Position numbers and translations under genes: made by a program. The notes under the pieces are model-generated. The model made no database searches. It saw only the letters and a program-made list of their open reading frames with translations, and was not told where the DNA came from. Shown here piece by piece: positions 28,053 through 37,880 of a stretch of DNA of 64,000 bases; position 1 is the stretch's first letter, and the number at the start of each line of letters is the position of its first letter. The DNA comes from Candidatus Latescibacterota bacterium. Its GTDB lineage: Bacteria > Latescibacterota > UBA2968 > UBA8231. The DNA lies in assembly GCA_965242865.1 (NCBI GenBank), contig CBDETK010000013.1:4960001-5024000 (forward strand), written 5' to 3'.

Positions 28053-30329
28053 ATGGGCAAGTCATTGGTGGTTGTCGAGTCGCCGGCCAAAGCCAAGACA
28101 ATCAACAAAATTTTGGGCAAAAATTTTGTGGTCAAACCCTGTATGGGGCACGTGCGCGACCTGCCGCCCAAAGAGCTGGGGATCGACATTTCAGACGGCT
28201 TCAGGCCGCGCTACGTAACGATTCGGGGCAAGGGCAAGATCCTCAGCGGCCTCCGCAAAGCAGCCCAAGCCGCCGACACTACCTACTTGGCCACCGACCC
28301 CGACCGCGAGGGCGAGGCCATTGCTTGGCACGTGGCCCAAGCCATCGCACGCAAGGACGACGACGTCAAGCGAATTCTCTTCAACGAGATCACCCCCAAA
28401 GCCGTGCGCGAGTCGCTGGAGCATTCGAGCGTGCTCGACCTGCACAAGGTCAATGCCCAGCAAGCGCGGCGCGTGTTGGACCGCTTGGTTGGCTACGAGA
28501 TCAGCCCGCTCTTGTGGAAGGTCATTCACTCCGGGCTTTCCGCTGGCCGAGTGCAGTCCGTAGCCGTGCGGTTGATCTGCGACCGCGACCGCGAGATTAA
28601 GGCGTTTGTTCCCGAGGAGTCTTGGTCCATCGAAGCGCTTTTGGGCCGCGCCGGGCGCGGTTCGTTCTGGGCGCGGCTCTTGGCCAAAGATGGCATCAGC
28701 AATCAGGAGGAGGCCAGTCGCATCGCCTCCGAGCTCGCCGCGCAGGATATCGCGGTCAAAGAGGTCAAGCAGCGCGACCGAGTGCGGCGGCCGGCTCCCC
28801 CGTTCACGACCAGCACCTTGCAGCAAGAATGCGCTCGGCGGATGCGCTTTTCGGTCAAGCGCACCATGGCGGTAGCTCAGCAGCTATACGAAGGCATTGA
28901 GGTCGAGGGCGAAACCCGCGGTCTAATTACCTATATGCGCACGGATTCAGTGCGCGTTGCAGCCGACGCCATCGCCGAGGTGCGCGAGCAGATCGATGCC
29001 CTGTACGGCCGCGAGTACGTGCCCGAAAAGCCCAATCACTACCGGACCAAAAACAGCGCCCAAGACGCCCACGAGGCCATACGCCCCACCGCGGTGGCAC
29101 TGCATCCAGACAAAATTGAGCACTTGCTCAAGCCGGATCAGGCGCGGGTGTACTCCCTAATCTGGAAGCGGTTTGTAACCTCGCAGATGAAGCCGCAGGT
29201 GCTCGGCATCACCACGGCCAATGTCGAGGCCGGTCCCTATTTGCTCCGAGCGACGGGGAGCGTGGTCAAGTTTCCGGGCTTTACCCTGCTCTACAGCGAA
29301 AGCAAAGAAGAGGACAAGCTAGAGGCTGGGTCGAACGGTCGCTCCGCAGAAAAAGAAAAGGACGAGGCGCGGGCCATGCCCCCTGACATTGCCGCGGGCG
29401 AGAGGCTGAAGGTAGAAAAGATCGCCCCCGAGCAGCACTTTACCAAACCGCCCCCGCGCTTTACCGAGGCGTCTTTGGTCAAGCAACTGGAGTCCGAAGG
29501 CATTGGCCGCCCCTCGACCTACGCGCAAATTATCACCACCATCCTCGACCGCGAGTACGTCGAAAAGGTCGATAACCGCTACTTCGTGGCCACGGAGCGC
29601 GGCCAGACCGTCAACAAACTGCTCGTAGATACCTTCCCGCATCTCTTTAACGTAGCGTTCACGGCCAACATGGAGGACAAGCTCGATCAGGTCGAAGATG
29701 GGGGCACCAACTGGGTGGAGATTGTGCAGCAGTTCTACGACTCGTGGAAGGGCGACTTAGACGCGGCCAACAATCGCCGCCGCGAGCTAAAGCTGGCGCT
29801 GCAAGAGGCGTCGGACGAAACCTGCGAGGAGTGCGGGGCCGCCATGGTCGTCAAGTGGGGCCGCAACGGCCGCTTCCTCGCGTGTTCGGGCTATCCCAAG
29901 TGCAAAAACACCAAGCCCCTCGAAGAGCAAGACGAGGTGGCCACCGACGAAGTCTGCGAGCAGTGCAACGCGCCCATGGTCGTCAAGCTGGGGCGCTACG
30001 GCCGCTTTTTGGCTTGCAGCGGCTATCCTGCTTGCAAAAACGTCAAGCCTTATGTCCTCGGAATTCAGTGTCCAGAGGAGGGCTGCGAGGGCCAAATCGT
30101 GGAGAAGCAGTCGCGCAAAGGCAAGGTCTTCTTTGGTTGCAGCACCTATCCCAAGTGCAAGTTCGCCAGTTGGGACCGCCCCATCGACCGCGAGTGTCCG
30201 CATTGCGCGGCGGCCTTGCTCTACGAAAAAGGCCGCCGCTCGGGCGTTCCCGCGCTGTACTGCCGGGTCTGCGGCACCGAGTACGAAAGCGAAGAGGGCG
30301 AAAAAGACAAAAACGCCCAAGCGGCCTGA
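28053..30329 (+). CDS. topA: DNA topoisomerase I
   Basis: VVESPAKAKTI, ATDPDREGE, SAGRVQS, ITYMRTDS, AHEAIRPT, GIGRPSTY, C-terminal zinc ribbons. Confidence 0.98.
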   Translation: MGKSLVVVESPAKAKTINKILGKNFVVKPCMGHVRDLPPKELGIDISDGFRPRYVTIRGKGKILSGLRKAAQAADTTYLATDPDREGEAIAWHVAQAIARKDDDVKRILFNEITPKAVRESLEHSSVLDLHKVNAQQARRVLDRLVGYEISPLLWKVIHSGLSAGRVQSVAVRLICDRDREIKAFVPEESWSIEALLGRAGRGSFWARLLAKDGISNQEEASRIASELAAQDIAVKEVKQRDRVRRPAPPFTTSTLQQECARRMRFSVKRTMAVAQQLYEGIEVEGETRGLITYMRTDSVRVAADAIAEVREQIDALYGREYVPEKPNHYRTKNSAQDAHEAIRPTAVALHPDKIEHLLKPDQARVYSLIWKRFVTSQMKPQVLGITTANVEAGPYLLRATGSVVKFPGFTLLYSESKEEDKLEAGSNGRSAEKEKDEARAMPPDIAAGERLKVEKIAPEQHFTKPPPRFTEASLVKQLESEGIGRPSTYAQIITTILDREYVEKVDNRYFVATERGQTVNKLLVDTFPHLFNVAFTANMEDKLDQVEDGGTNWVEIVQQFYDSWKGDLDAANNRRRELKLALQEASDETCEECGAAMVVKWGRNGRFLACSGYPKCKNTKPLEEQDEVATDEVCEQCNAPMVVKLGRYGRFLACSGYPACKNVKPYVLGIQCPEEGCEGQIVEKQSRKGKVFFGCSTYPKCKFASWDRPIDRECPHCAAALLYEKGRRSGVPALYCRVCGTEYESEEGEKDKNAQAA

Positions 30330-30343
30330 GCATTCTCTCCTCC

Positions 30344-31300
30344 TTGGCTCGCGTACCCCAAAGCGCTTTGCACGCCGGCTCCAGCCTCGAAGAGGGCATC
30401 GCCCGCTTCTTGGACCACCTCCACAAAGAGCGCAACTACGCCGAGTACACCCTCAGTTCATATCGCTGCGACTTGCAGCAATTCGCCCGCTTCCTCTATC
30501 CACGAGTCGATACTTTGCAACTGCCGCTGCGGGCAGTGCAGCGCGCGCAGGTTCAGGCGTTTGTCGTCGATCTAGAGGAAAGGGGCCTCAAAGCCAGCAC
30601 CGTGGCCCGCAAATTGGCGGCCCTGCGCTCGCTCTTCCGCTATCTGTGTCGCGAGGGCGCCCTCCTCGCCAACCCGGCGGGCGCGGTCGCATCGCCCTTG
30701 GTCGAGCGCGTTGCGCCGCGGCACCTGCCCGTAGAGCAGGTGGCCGAGGCCATGGAAGCCCCTTCAACCGAGCGGTTCAGCGGCGTGCGGGACCGGGCCA
30801 TTCTAGAGGTGTTCTACGGCGGGGGCATTCGCCTCGGCGAGCTGGTGGGGCTCAACCTCTCGGCGCTCGATCTGGCCGAAGGCACCATCAAGGTGATGGG
30901 CAAGGGCCGCAAGGAGCGCGTCGCCCCCATCGGCGCGAAGGCCCGAGAGGCCCTCAAAGCATACCTACAACGCCGCGCTGAAGTCCTGCTCGAATGCGAT
31001 ATGTCCCAAGTAGAAGCCGGGGCCCTGTTTCTCAACGGGCGCGGCAAGCGATTGAGCCGCCGCACGGTGCAGCGCATCGTTGAGCGCCATTTGCGCGCCG
31101 TGTCGGAAGACCATTCGCTCAGCCCGCATCGCCTGCGCCACTCCTTTGCCGTCCACCTCCTCGACGCGGGCGCCGACTTGGCGGCCGTCAAGGAGCTGCT
31201 CGGGCACGCGACCTTGGCCGCGACTCAGAGCTATACCGAAGTGAGCTTGGAGCACCTGCAAGCCATCTATGCCGAGGCCCATCCGCACGGTGCTGATTAG
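30344..31300 (+). CDS. xerC: Tyrosine recombinase XerC (start uncertain)
   Basis: RDRAILE..YGGGIR, GKGRKER, HRLRHSFA, LLGH, TQSYT; topA-xerC synteny. Confidence 0.85.
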   Translation: MARVPQSALHAGSSLEEGIARFLDHLHKERNYAEYTLSSYRCDLQQFARFLYPRVDTLQLPLRAVQRAQVQAFVVDLEERGLKASTVARKLAALRSLFRYLCREGALLANPAGAVASPLVERVAPRHLPVEQVAEAMEAPSTERFSGVRDRAILEVFYGGGIRLGELVGLNLSALDLAEGTIKVMGKGRKERVAPIGAKAREALKAYLQRRAEVLLECDMSQVEAGALFLNGRGKRLSRRTVQRIVERHLRAVSEDHSLSPHRLRHSFAVHLLDAGADLAAVKELLGHATLAATQSYTEVSLEHLQAIYAEAHPHGAD

Positions 31301-32861
31301 CGTCTTTAGCGTCTTAGCCGCGCTGTTGTTGGGCTGCGCCAAAGTCGGGTCGCCCACCGGCGGGCCGGTAGATAAAGAGCCACCCCGCATTCTGTCGCAT
31401 TACCCGGAGCGCGACGCCTTGAAAGTGGCGCGGGATACCCAAGTAGCGATCGTCTTTAGCGAACCTATGAGCCGCGAGCAGACCGAAGCCGCTGTTTTCA
31501 CCTCGCCGGCCGGGCCGCTAAAACTGTCGTGGCGCGGTCTGCGGCTGGGCATTGCCATGTCCTTGGCCGAAGAGCGGACCTATGTGCTGACGGTGGGGAC
31601 TGGGGCGCGCGACCTGCGGGGCAATGCCTTGACGGAATCCTTTACCTTGGCGTTTGCCACCGGCTCACAGCTCGATCAAGGGTTGGTGCGGGGCCGGGTG
31701 CATCAAGGCCATCAACCTGTGGCCGGGGTCCACGTTTGGGCCTACGACTTGGGAACCTTTAGCGGGGAGGTCGGATTGGACGCACCGTCCTATCAGACTC
31801 AGAGCGGCGCCGACGGGACCTATGAGTTTGCTCGCCTCGCTCCGGGCCGCTATCGGGTGCTGGCCTTTCGGGACGCAAATCGCAACGTCCTGCCAGACGC
31901 CGACGAGTGGCTGGCCCTGCCGGCCGCCCCGGTGCAAGTGGGGGAGGAAGAGGTGCGGGCTGGCGACTTGGCCCTCGTGCGCCGGCAAGTGCCCGCGCCC
32001 GCGCTCAAACGGGTCCAAGCCATACACGCCGAGCGGCTGATGTTGCTGTTTGCCGAGGCCGTAGAGCCGCACGAGCTAGAGCTAGAAGTCGCCGGGCTGG
32101 CGGTGGAGGCACTGTACGCGGCCCCGGATGCAGCCGAGAAAATCTACGTCGAGACAAAAGCGCAAGAACCGGGCCGGCACTATGCCGTGCAGCTCGCGCT
32201 CGCCGGGGAACCCGTGCCGTGGGACTCGCCCATCCGCGGCAATGCGCGGCCCGACCGCAAGCCACCCTCGTTTGTCGCGCTGGCTAGGGATCGACTGGCG
32301 CCAACAGACGCGCTGGACTTGCTCTTTTCCGAAGCCATGCAGCCGGCCGCGTTGGAAGGATTTTGGACGGAGAGCGATTCAACGCAAGCATTAGCCGGGG
32401 ATTGGCTGTGGCCGGCCCCCAATCGCGCCCGCTTTGTGCCGGCCGCGCCCTTGGCACCGGGCGCGTATCGGCTCGCCGGGCCGGCCGCTCGGTTCGTGGA
32501 CCGGCCCGGCCATGGCTTGGCCGACAGCCTGCTCGCGCTCTCTTTTACCGTGGGCGCGGAGACTGCGGCGATTCGGGGGCAGGTGCAAGCCGAGGAAACA
32601 GGTCGCGTCCGGGTCGCAGCCATCGGCGAAGCCGGGCGGATGTACGCGGAGTGGGCGGACGAAGAGGGGCGGTTTGCGCTGGCCGGGCTGCTAACCGGCA
32701 CATACTTGCTGTGGGCGTTTGTCGATCGCGATGGCGACGGCGAGTGGGGCCGCGGCGCGCTCCGCCCGTTTCGCTATTCCGAGCCTTACGGCCGCTACGG
32801 CGAGCCGATGGACTTAGACGCGGGTCAAATCGTCGAAGAGGTAGCCATACTATGTCGCTGA
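31269..32861 (+). CDS. Ig-like (Big_5) domain lipoprotein
   Basis: LLGC lipobox then AKVGSPTGGPVDKEPP; I.FSEPM Ig-like repeats; DxNxN/DxDGDG Ca-binding-like loops. Confidence 0.75.
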   Translation: MPRPIRTVLISVFSVLAALLLGCAKVGSPTGGPVDKEPPRILSHYPERDALKVARDTQVAIVFSEPMSREQTEAAVFTSPAGPLKLSWRGLRLGIAMSLAEERTYVLTVGTGARDLRGNALTESFTLAFATGSQLDQGLVRGRVHQGHQPVAGVHVWAYDLGTFSGEVGLDAPSYQTQSGADGTYEFARLAPGRYRVLAFRDANRNVLPDADEWLALPAAPVQVGEEEVRAGDLALVRRQVPAPALKRVQAIHAERLMLLFAEAVEPHELELEVAGLAVEALYAAPDAAEKIYVETKAQEPGRHYAVQLALAGEPVPWDSPIRGNARPDRKPPSFVALARDRLAPTDALDLLFSEAMQPAALEGFWTESDSTQALAGDWLWPAPNRARFVPAAPLAPGAYRLAGPAARFVDRPGHGLADSLLALSFTVGAETAAIRGQVQAEETGRVRVAAIGEAGRMYAEWADEEGRFALAGLLTGTYLLWAFVDRDGDGEWGRGALRPFRYSEPYGRYGEPMDLDAGQIVEEVAILCR

Positions 32862-33208
32862 GACTGATCGAGGTGGGGCTGTTGCTGTTGCTGCTGATAG
32901 GGCTGGGGGTTGTGCATTTTTCTCGCTTGACCCCTCACGAGCGGCGCTTGATCCAATTGGAGGCGCGGTTAGAGCAACTCTACTTGACCGAAAAGGCCCA
33001 TTTTGCCCAGTACGGCCGCTACTTCGACCCAAATGACGAGAGGATCCGGCGCGCTTGGTGGCGGGTAGAGGACTATGCTTGGGAGTTGCGAGCGGTCAAC
33101 GAGGGGTTCTGGTTGGCGGTGCAGGCCGACTTGGACGGGGATGGCCAGCGCGGGGCTTGGGCCATAGATGCTGCACACCCGCAGGTAAAGACCCTGACCC
33201 AAGACTGA
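32852..33208 (+). CDS. Pilin-like hypothetical protein
   Basis: MSLRLIEVG plus hydrophobic helix; L..LY..EKAHFA.YGRY and ADLDGDG...W.ID resemble type IV pilin heads. Confidence 0.55.
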   Translation: MSLRLIEVGLLLLLLIGLGVVHFSRLTPHERRLIQLEARLEQLYLTEKAHFAQYGRYFDPNDERIRRAWWRVEDYAWELRAVNEGFWLAVQADLDGDGQRGAWAIDAAHPQVKTLTQD

Positions 33209-33221
33209 GAAGCGCTCGCCG

Positions 33222-34013
33222 TCAGACGGCGATTTCCATGCGGATCGAGGGATGGGGATGGTAGTTGAGTAGCTTGAAGTCGTCGTAGCGGAAGCCGAAA
33301 ATCGACTGGCCGCGATTTTTAATGGTCATCACCGGCAGCGGCCGGGGCGGGCGGGCGAGTTGTTGCCGAAGCGCGGCGATGTGGTTGCGATAGATGTGGA
33401 CGTCGCCGCCGGTCCAGACGAATTCCCCGGGTTGCAAGCCGCAGACTTGGGCCATCATCAGGGTCAGCAGGCTATAGCTGGCGATATTGAACGGCACACC
33501 AAGCCCCACATCGCACGAGCGTTGATAGAGCTGGCAGGAAAGCCGACCGCGGGCGACGAAAAACTGGAACAAGCAGTGGCAGGGCATCAGGGCCATTTGG
33601 TCCAACTCGCCGACGTTCCACGCGCTGACGAGGATGCGGCGCGAATCCGGGTCGGTCTTAATCAGGTCAACGGCGCGTTGAATTTGGTCGATGGGGCCGT
33701 CCTCGGTGGCCCAGTTGCGCCACTGCTTGCCGTAGATGGGGCCGAGGTCGCCGCATTCGTCGGCCCATTCGTCCCAGATGCGGACGTTTTCTCGTTGCAA
33801 ATAGGCCGTGTTGGTGTCGCCCTTGAGGAACCACAAGAGTTCGTGGATGATGGAGCGCAAATGCAGCTTCTTGGTGGTCAGGCACGGGAACCCGGCCGCG
33901 AGGTCAAAGCGCATCTGATAGCCTAAGATGGCGAGGGTGCCGACGCCCGTGCGGTCGGCTTTGGCTGCGCCGTGGTCGAGGCAATGGCCTACGAGGTCGA
34001 GGTATTGTCGCAT
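33222..34013 (-). CDS. thyA: Thymidylate synthase
   Basis: [40 protein letters not shown]. Confidence 0.98.
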   Translation of the reverse strand: MRQYLDLVGHCLDHGAAKADRTGVGTLAILGYQMRFDLAAGFPCLTTKKLHLRSIIHELLWFLKGDTNTAYLQRENVRIWDEWADECGDLGPIYGKQWRNWATEDGPIDQIQRAVDLIKTDPDSRRILVSAWNVGELDQMALMPCHCLFQFFVARGRLSCQLYQRSCDVGLGVPFNIASYSLLTLMMAQVCGLQPGEFVWTGGDVHIYRNHIAALRQQLARPPRPLPVMTIKNRGQSIFGFRYDDFKLLNYHPHPSIRMEIAV

Positions 34014-34035
34014 GGTGGAAGCTGGTGGCCGCCAG

Positions 34036-34263
34036 CTAAGACAGGAAGCGCAGTATGGCCGCTGTCGCGCCGGCGCTGGCTATCAGCAGCCCGCCCAAGC
34101 GCAGCAAGAGGCGCGTCTCCATGGCCCTGATTTCGCTTCTGAGTTCCTGCACGTTGGCTTTGACGGCGGCTATGTCGGCTTTGACGGCGATGACATCCGC
34201 TTTGGTGGCAAGGTGTTCATAGGCGCCTTCGAGCCTGCTGACGCGCTCTTCGGTAGAAGTCAT
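34036..34263 (-). CDS. DUF1640/CCDC90-like coiled-coil membrane-anchored protein (paralog 1)
   Basis: [19 protein letters not shown], heptad repeats and C-terminal TM; AAGGAG SD; TTGACA-16-TACAAT at 34333-34306. Confidence 0.75.
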   Translation of the reverse strand: MTSTEERVSRLEGAYEHLATKADVIAVKADIAAVKANVQELRSEIRAMETRLLLRLGGLLIASAGATAAILRFLS

Positions 34264-34373
34264 TTTCATCTCCTTGGTTTTCACGATTGGTAGCGATGCT
34301 CTCTTATTGTATGGGTTTCGCCGCCCCTGTCAAAGGCGTTTGTGCGGTCCGCGCCGCGCCCATTCTTGGCAGG

Positions 34374-34402
34374 TTGACAGGATCTTGTGGGCCGCGTACT
34401 TT
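34374..34402 (+). promoter_or_regulatory. tRNA promoter TTGACA-17-TACTTT
   Basis: 15 nt upstream of tRNA-Cys. Confidence 0.75.
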
Positions 34403-34417
34403 CAAATTTCTGTTCGA

Positions 34418-34491
34418 GGCGACGTGGCCAAGTGGTAAGGCAGGGGCCTGCAAAGCCCTTATCCCCGGTTCGATTCCGGGCGTCGCCTCCA
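34418..34491 (+). tRNA. tRNA-Cys(GCA)
   Basis: GGCGACG/CGTCGCC acceptor stem, anticodon loop CTGCAAA, GGTTCGATTCC, CCA end. Confidence 0.97.
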
Positions 34492-34506
34492 TTTTTTTGC
34501 CCGTGT

Positions 34507-34594
34507 GCCGGGGTGGCGGAATTGGTAGACGCGGTGGACTTAAAATCCACTGTCCGCTTAGGACGTGCCGGTTCGAGTCCGGCCCTCGGCACCA
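34507..34594 (+). tRNA. tRNA-Leu(TAA)
   Basis: GTGGA-CTTAAAA-TCCAC anticodon arm, long variable arm, GGTTCGAGTCC, CCA end. Confidence 0.97.
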
Positions 34595-34625
34595 GCATTT
34601 TAGTCATTAAAAAGGAAGGGACGCC

Positions 34626-35681
34626 ATGACCGCCAACAGACCGTACGCCCTGCGCGCTGTCCCCGGCTTGTACGCCAGCGAGCCGGGAATCCAAGTCGCC
34701 GTCCAGACCTCACACGCGGCCAGCGACGAGGATTTGCAATTTTTTCAACAACTCGGCGTTGAGTGGGCCATGCTCGGGGTGGACGACCCCGCGTTGCACA
34801 GCGTCGAACACTACCAGCAGTTCGTCGAGCGTTTTGCCCAATACGGCCTGCAGATCTACCGCATCGCCAATCACGCGGTCCACAACGTCCCGGAGATTAC
34901 GCTCAACCTGCCCGGCCGCGACGAGAAGGTCGCAGAGCTAATCCAGTTCATCCGCGACCTCGGCGCCGCAGGCATCCGCTACCACACCTATGCCCACATG
35001 GGCAACGGCATCTGGAGCACCGGCCGCACCACCGGCCGCGGCGGCATGAGCGCGCGCACCCTCGACATCAAAAACGCCCAAGGCCGCTGGGGCAGCGAGA
35101 CCTTTACTGGCGACCTGACCCATGGCCGTGCGTACACAGAAGATGAGCTATGGGAAAACTACGAGTACCTGATCCGCAAGGTGGCTCCAGTCGCCGAGGA
35201 AGCCGGGGTCTATATCGGCATCCACCCCGACGACCCGCCGGTCTATGCTCTAGGCGGCATACCGCGCTGCATCTTTGGCAACTTCGCTGGGTACAAGCGC
35301 GCTATGGACATCGCCGACAGCCCCAATATCGGCGTCTGTCTGTGCGTTGGCTGCTGGCTGGAGGGGGGTAAGCAGGGCATGGGGGCGTCGGTCGAAGAGG
35401 CGATTCACTACTTTGGGGCGCGCAAAAAGCTCTTCAAAATCCACTTCCGCAACGTCTCCAATCCCATGCCCGACCCGTGGGCCGAAACCCTGATGGACGA
35501 CGGCTATCAGGACATGCACCGCGTGATGCAGGCTCTGCGGGCGGTCGAGTTCGATGGCGCGATCATTCCCGACCACATCCCCGAGCTGATCGGCGGAAGT
35601 CGCGCCGGCGTCGCGTACTCCATCGCTTACATGCGGGCGCTGGTACAGGCCGTCAACAACGAAAGCGGCGGCCCGGCCTAG
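34626..35681 (+). CDS. uxuA: Mannonate dehydratase (UxuA) family protein
   Basis: LWENYEYL..VAPVAEEAGV.IGIHPDDPP, CLCVGC, IHFRNV, IPDH.P. Confidence 0.8.
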   Translation: MTANRPYALRAVPGLYASEPGIQVAVQTSHAASDEDLQFFQQLGVEWAMLGVDDPALHSVEHYQQFVERFAQYGLQIYRIANHAVHNVPEITLNLPGRDEKVAELIQFIRDLGAAGIRYHTYAHMGNGIWSTGRTTGRGGMSARTLDIKNAQGRWGSETFTGDLTHGRAYTEDELWENYEYLIRKVAPVAEEAGVYIGIHPDDPPVYALGGIPRCIFGNFAGYKRAMDIADSPNIGVCLCVGCWLEGGKQGMGASVEEAIHYFGARKKLFKIHFRNVSNPMPDPWAETLMDDGYQDMHRVMQALRAVEFDGAIIPDHIPELIGGSRAGVAYSIAYMRALVQAVNNESGGPA

Positions 35682-35750
35682 CCGCGGGTAAATGTACGCG
35701 AGTATGGGCGAATAATTATTCGCCCTTCCATGCCCCTGCACTATCCATGC

Positions 35751-37382
35751 CTACCGAATACCCAGCGCGATGCTCGATGGAATATTCAATCCCGGGATGG
35801 GGAGGTCTTCGACCTGTAAGTCATTTACATTTAGGTTCGCCCGCTGAATCTTAGCCGTGGCAAGGTCTGTCCAGTACACCTTTCCGCCTGCCAAATCCAG
35901 CGCGATGCCCGCTGGATCACCCAATCCCGGGATGAGGAGGTCTTCGACCTGTAAGCCATTTAGGTTCGCCCGCTGAATTTTATTCGTGGTAGAGTCTGTC
36001 CAGTACATCCTTCCGCGAGTCAAATCCAGCGCGATACCCTGTGGCGTCATCAATCCCGGGATGGGGAGGTCTTCGACCTGTCTGCCATTCAGGTTGGCCC
36101 GCTGAATTTTATTCGTGCCAGTGTCTGTCCAGTATATCTTTCCGCGAGTCAAATCCAGCGCGATACCCTGTGGCGTCATCAATCCCGTAATGAGGTCTTG
36201 GATCTGTCTGCCATTCAGGTTGGCCCGCTGAATTTTATCTGTGCCCCAGTCTGCCCAGTACATCCTTCCGCTCACCAAATCCAGCGCGATGCCCGATGGA
36301 TTACTACCTATTCCCGTGTTGATGAGGTCTTCGACCTGTGAACCATCGAGATTGGCCCGCTGAATTTTTTTTCTGTTCCAGTCTGTCCAGTACATCTTTC
36401 CACGCACCAAATCCAGCGCGATGCCCGATGGCGTACCCACGGTGGTGAGGTGTTCGACCTGTGAGCCATTTAGGTTGGCCCGCCGAATCATACCCGTGCC
36501 ATTGTCCGTCCAGTATAGGGCGGGCACTTGTACGACGGGTGGTTCCGTCGATTCCGGTTGGACGGTTTCGACGCGGGGGTATTTTTCGATCACCGCTTCG
36601 ACGCGGAGGCCGCTGGCGATTGCGGCGGCGAGCTGTTGGTTGGCGGCGTGCTGGCTGAGGGCGTTTTCCATCACGCCCAGCCATTGCAAGTTAGTCAGGC
36701 TCGCCAACGGACTGATATCCGCAATCTCGTTGTCTCCTAGCTGGAGCCATTGCAGGTTCGTTAGGCCGGCTAACGGCTGCACATCCGTAATTTCGTTGCC
36801 CCACAGCGACAGCTTCTGAAGGTTGATAAGACCCGCCAGCGGACTGACGTCCGCAACCTCGTTGCCCCACAGCGACAGCGATTGCAGGTTGGTCAAGCTG
36901 GCCAACGGACTCACGTCCGTAATCGCGTTGTCCCGCAGATACAGCGTGTGCAGCGCCGTTGCGTGTTCGAGGCCGGCCACGCTCTCAATGTTTTTATGGC
37001 TCGCGTCGAGTTCGGTCAGGGCCGCCAAGTCTGCCGGGGTCAGGGGCCCTGACGGGCGATCCAACGCCTCCCGCACTGCCTGCTCCAGATTGGCGTCGGC
37101 GAACTCAACGACCGCCGATTGGGTGCTGTCAGCGTCAGCGTCGGCTTCAGTCTCGGTGCTATCAGCTTCGGCTTCGGTTTGGGTGGTGTCAGGGCTTTCG
37201 GGGGCGGCCAGTCCGTCGGTAGCGGTGTAGGTGTCGTCGCCCAAGAATTCGCATAAGGAACAGGTGGCTTTGCCGGCAGGACGAGAAGCGACCGGCGCGG
37301 AGTCTGAGCAGCCCATCCAAGCACCGACGACGCCCAAAAGGACGAACGCAAACAGGGTTTTTACCGATTTCAACAAAGACAT
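35751..37382 (-). CDS. Lipoprotein with internalin-like LRRs and a six-bladed YWTD (LDL-receptor class B) beta-propeller
   Basis: AAGGAG SD, signal ending WMGC, FADANLEQAVR cap, about six 22-aa LRRs, six YWTD/YWAD repeats. Confidence 0.9.
   Translation of the reverse strand: MSLLKSVKTLFAFVLLGVVGAWMGCSDSAPVASRPAGKATCSLCEFLGDDTYTATDGLAAPESPDTTQTEAEADSTETEADADADSTQSAVVEFADANLEQAVREALDRPSGPLTPADLAALTELDASHKNIESVAGLEHATALHTLYLRDNAITDVSPLASLTNLQSLSLWGNEVADVSPLAGLINLQKLSLWGNEITDVQPLAGLTNLQWLQLGDNEIADISPLASLTNLQWLGVMENALSQHAANQQLAAAIASGLRVEAVIEKYPRVETVQPESTEPPVVQVPALYWTDNGTGMIRRANLNGSQVEHLTTVGTPSGIALDLVRGKMYWTDWNRKKIQRANLDGSQVEDLINTGIGSNPSGIALDLVSGRMYWADWGTDKIQRANLNGRQIQDLITGLMTPQGIALDLTRGKIYWTDTGTNKIQRANLNGRQVEDLPIPGLMTPQGIALDLTRGRMYWTDSTTNKIQRANLNGLQVEDLLIPGLGDPAGIALDLAGGKVYWTDLATAKIQRANLNVNDLQVEDLPIPGLNIPSSIALGIR
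35790..36520 (-). repeat. Intragenic tandem repeats of roughly 125-135 bp encoding the YWTD blades
   Basis: 48-nt block identical at 36011-36058 and 36140-36187; GCCCGCTGAAT and AAATCCAGCGCGAT recur in most units. Confidence 0.9.
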
Positions 37383-37645
37383 TTTTTGCTCCTTTATATG
37401 GTTAGGGAAGAAATGGTATGCAGGTTGGAAGAGGGGCATGACGCACCCAAAGAGGCGGGGCGCATCCTAGGGCGATACTTGGACAGGCCCCAGCCTAAGG
37501 ACACGGCGTACAGACGAAGGCCGACCGGCCGCGGGCGGTTTGGGGCCACGCGGCCAGACCGGCGCGACGCCCAACGGCCGCACACGAGCCGTCGGCCGAT
37601 GCTGAGAAGTAGAGAGTGTAGTGCTAGTGCTAGAGGAGAATTTTC

Positions 37646-37679
37646 GGGGGGGGTAAATCGTTGTTTTTCAAGGACTTAC
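37646..37679 (-). repeat. C8 homopolymer adjoining an imperfect 11-5-11 inverted repeat upstream of the LRR-YWTD gene
   Basis: G8 at 37646-37653 on the + strand; GTAAATCGTTG-ttttt-CAAGGACTTAC (9/11 matched). Confidence 0.8.
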
Positions 37680-37880
37680 GACACATTAAATCGGCAATGA
37701 ATCCAAGCACCCAACAAGGCCTGGCCCTCGCAGCAAGGCCCCGGTCTGATGTGAAATGCTCACCCATGGTCTCGTTCATTCGCCAACCCCAAATTGGCCG
37801 CCAAAATGCGGTTTACAGTTTGTGTAATCACCCAAATTAGTACGCTACAAAATACGATGCACAATCATCAACGTCCGGTT

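Noticed and set aside
29744-31300. 518-aa tyrosine recombinase as a prophage or ICE integrase
   Set aside because: The N-terminal extension is an off-frame overlap with topA; the real ~320-aa gene is housekeeping XerC by motifs and synteny.
35790-36520. Regularly spaced repeats resembling a CRISPR array
   Set aside because: Units are about 125-135 bp, keep the reading frame and encode YWTD blades; there are no unique spacers and no cas1.
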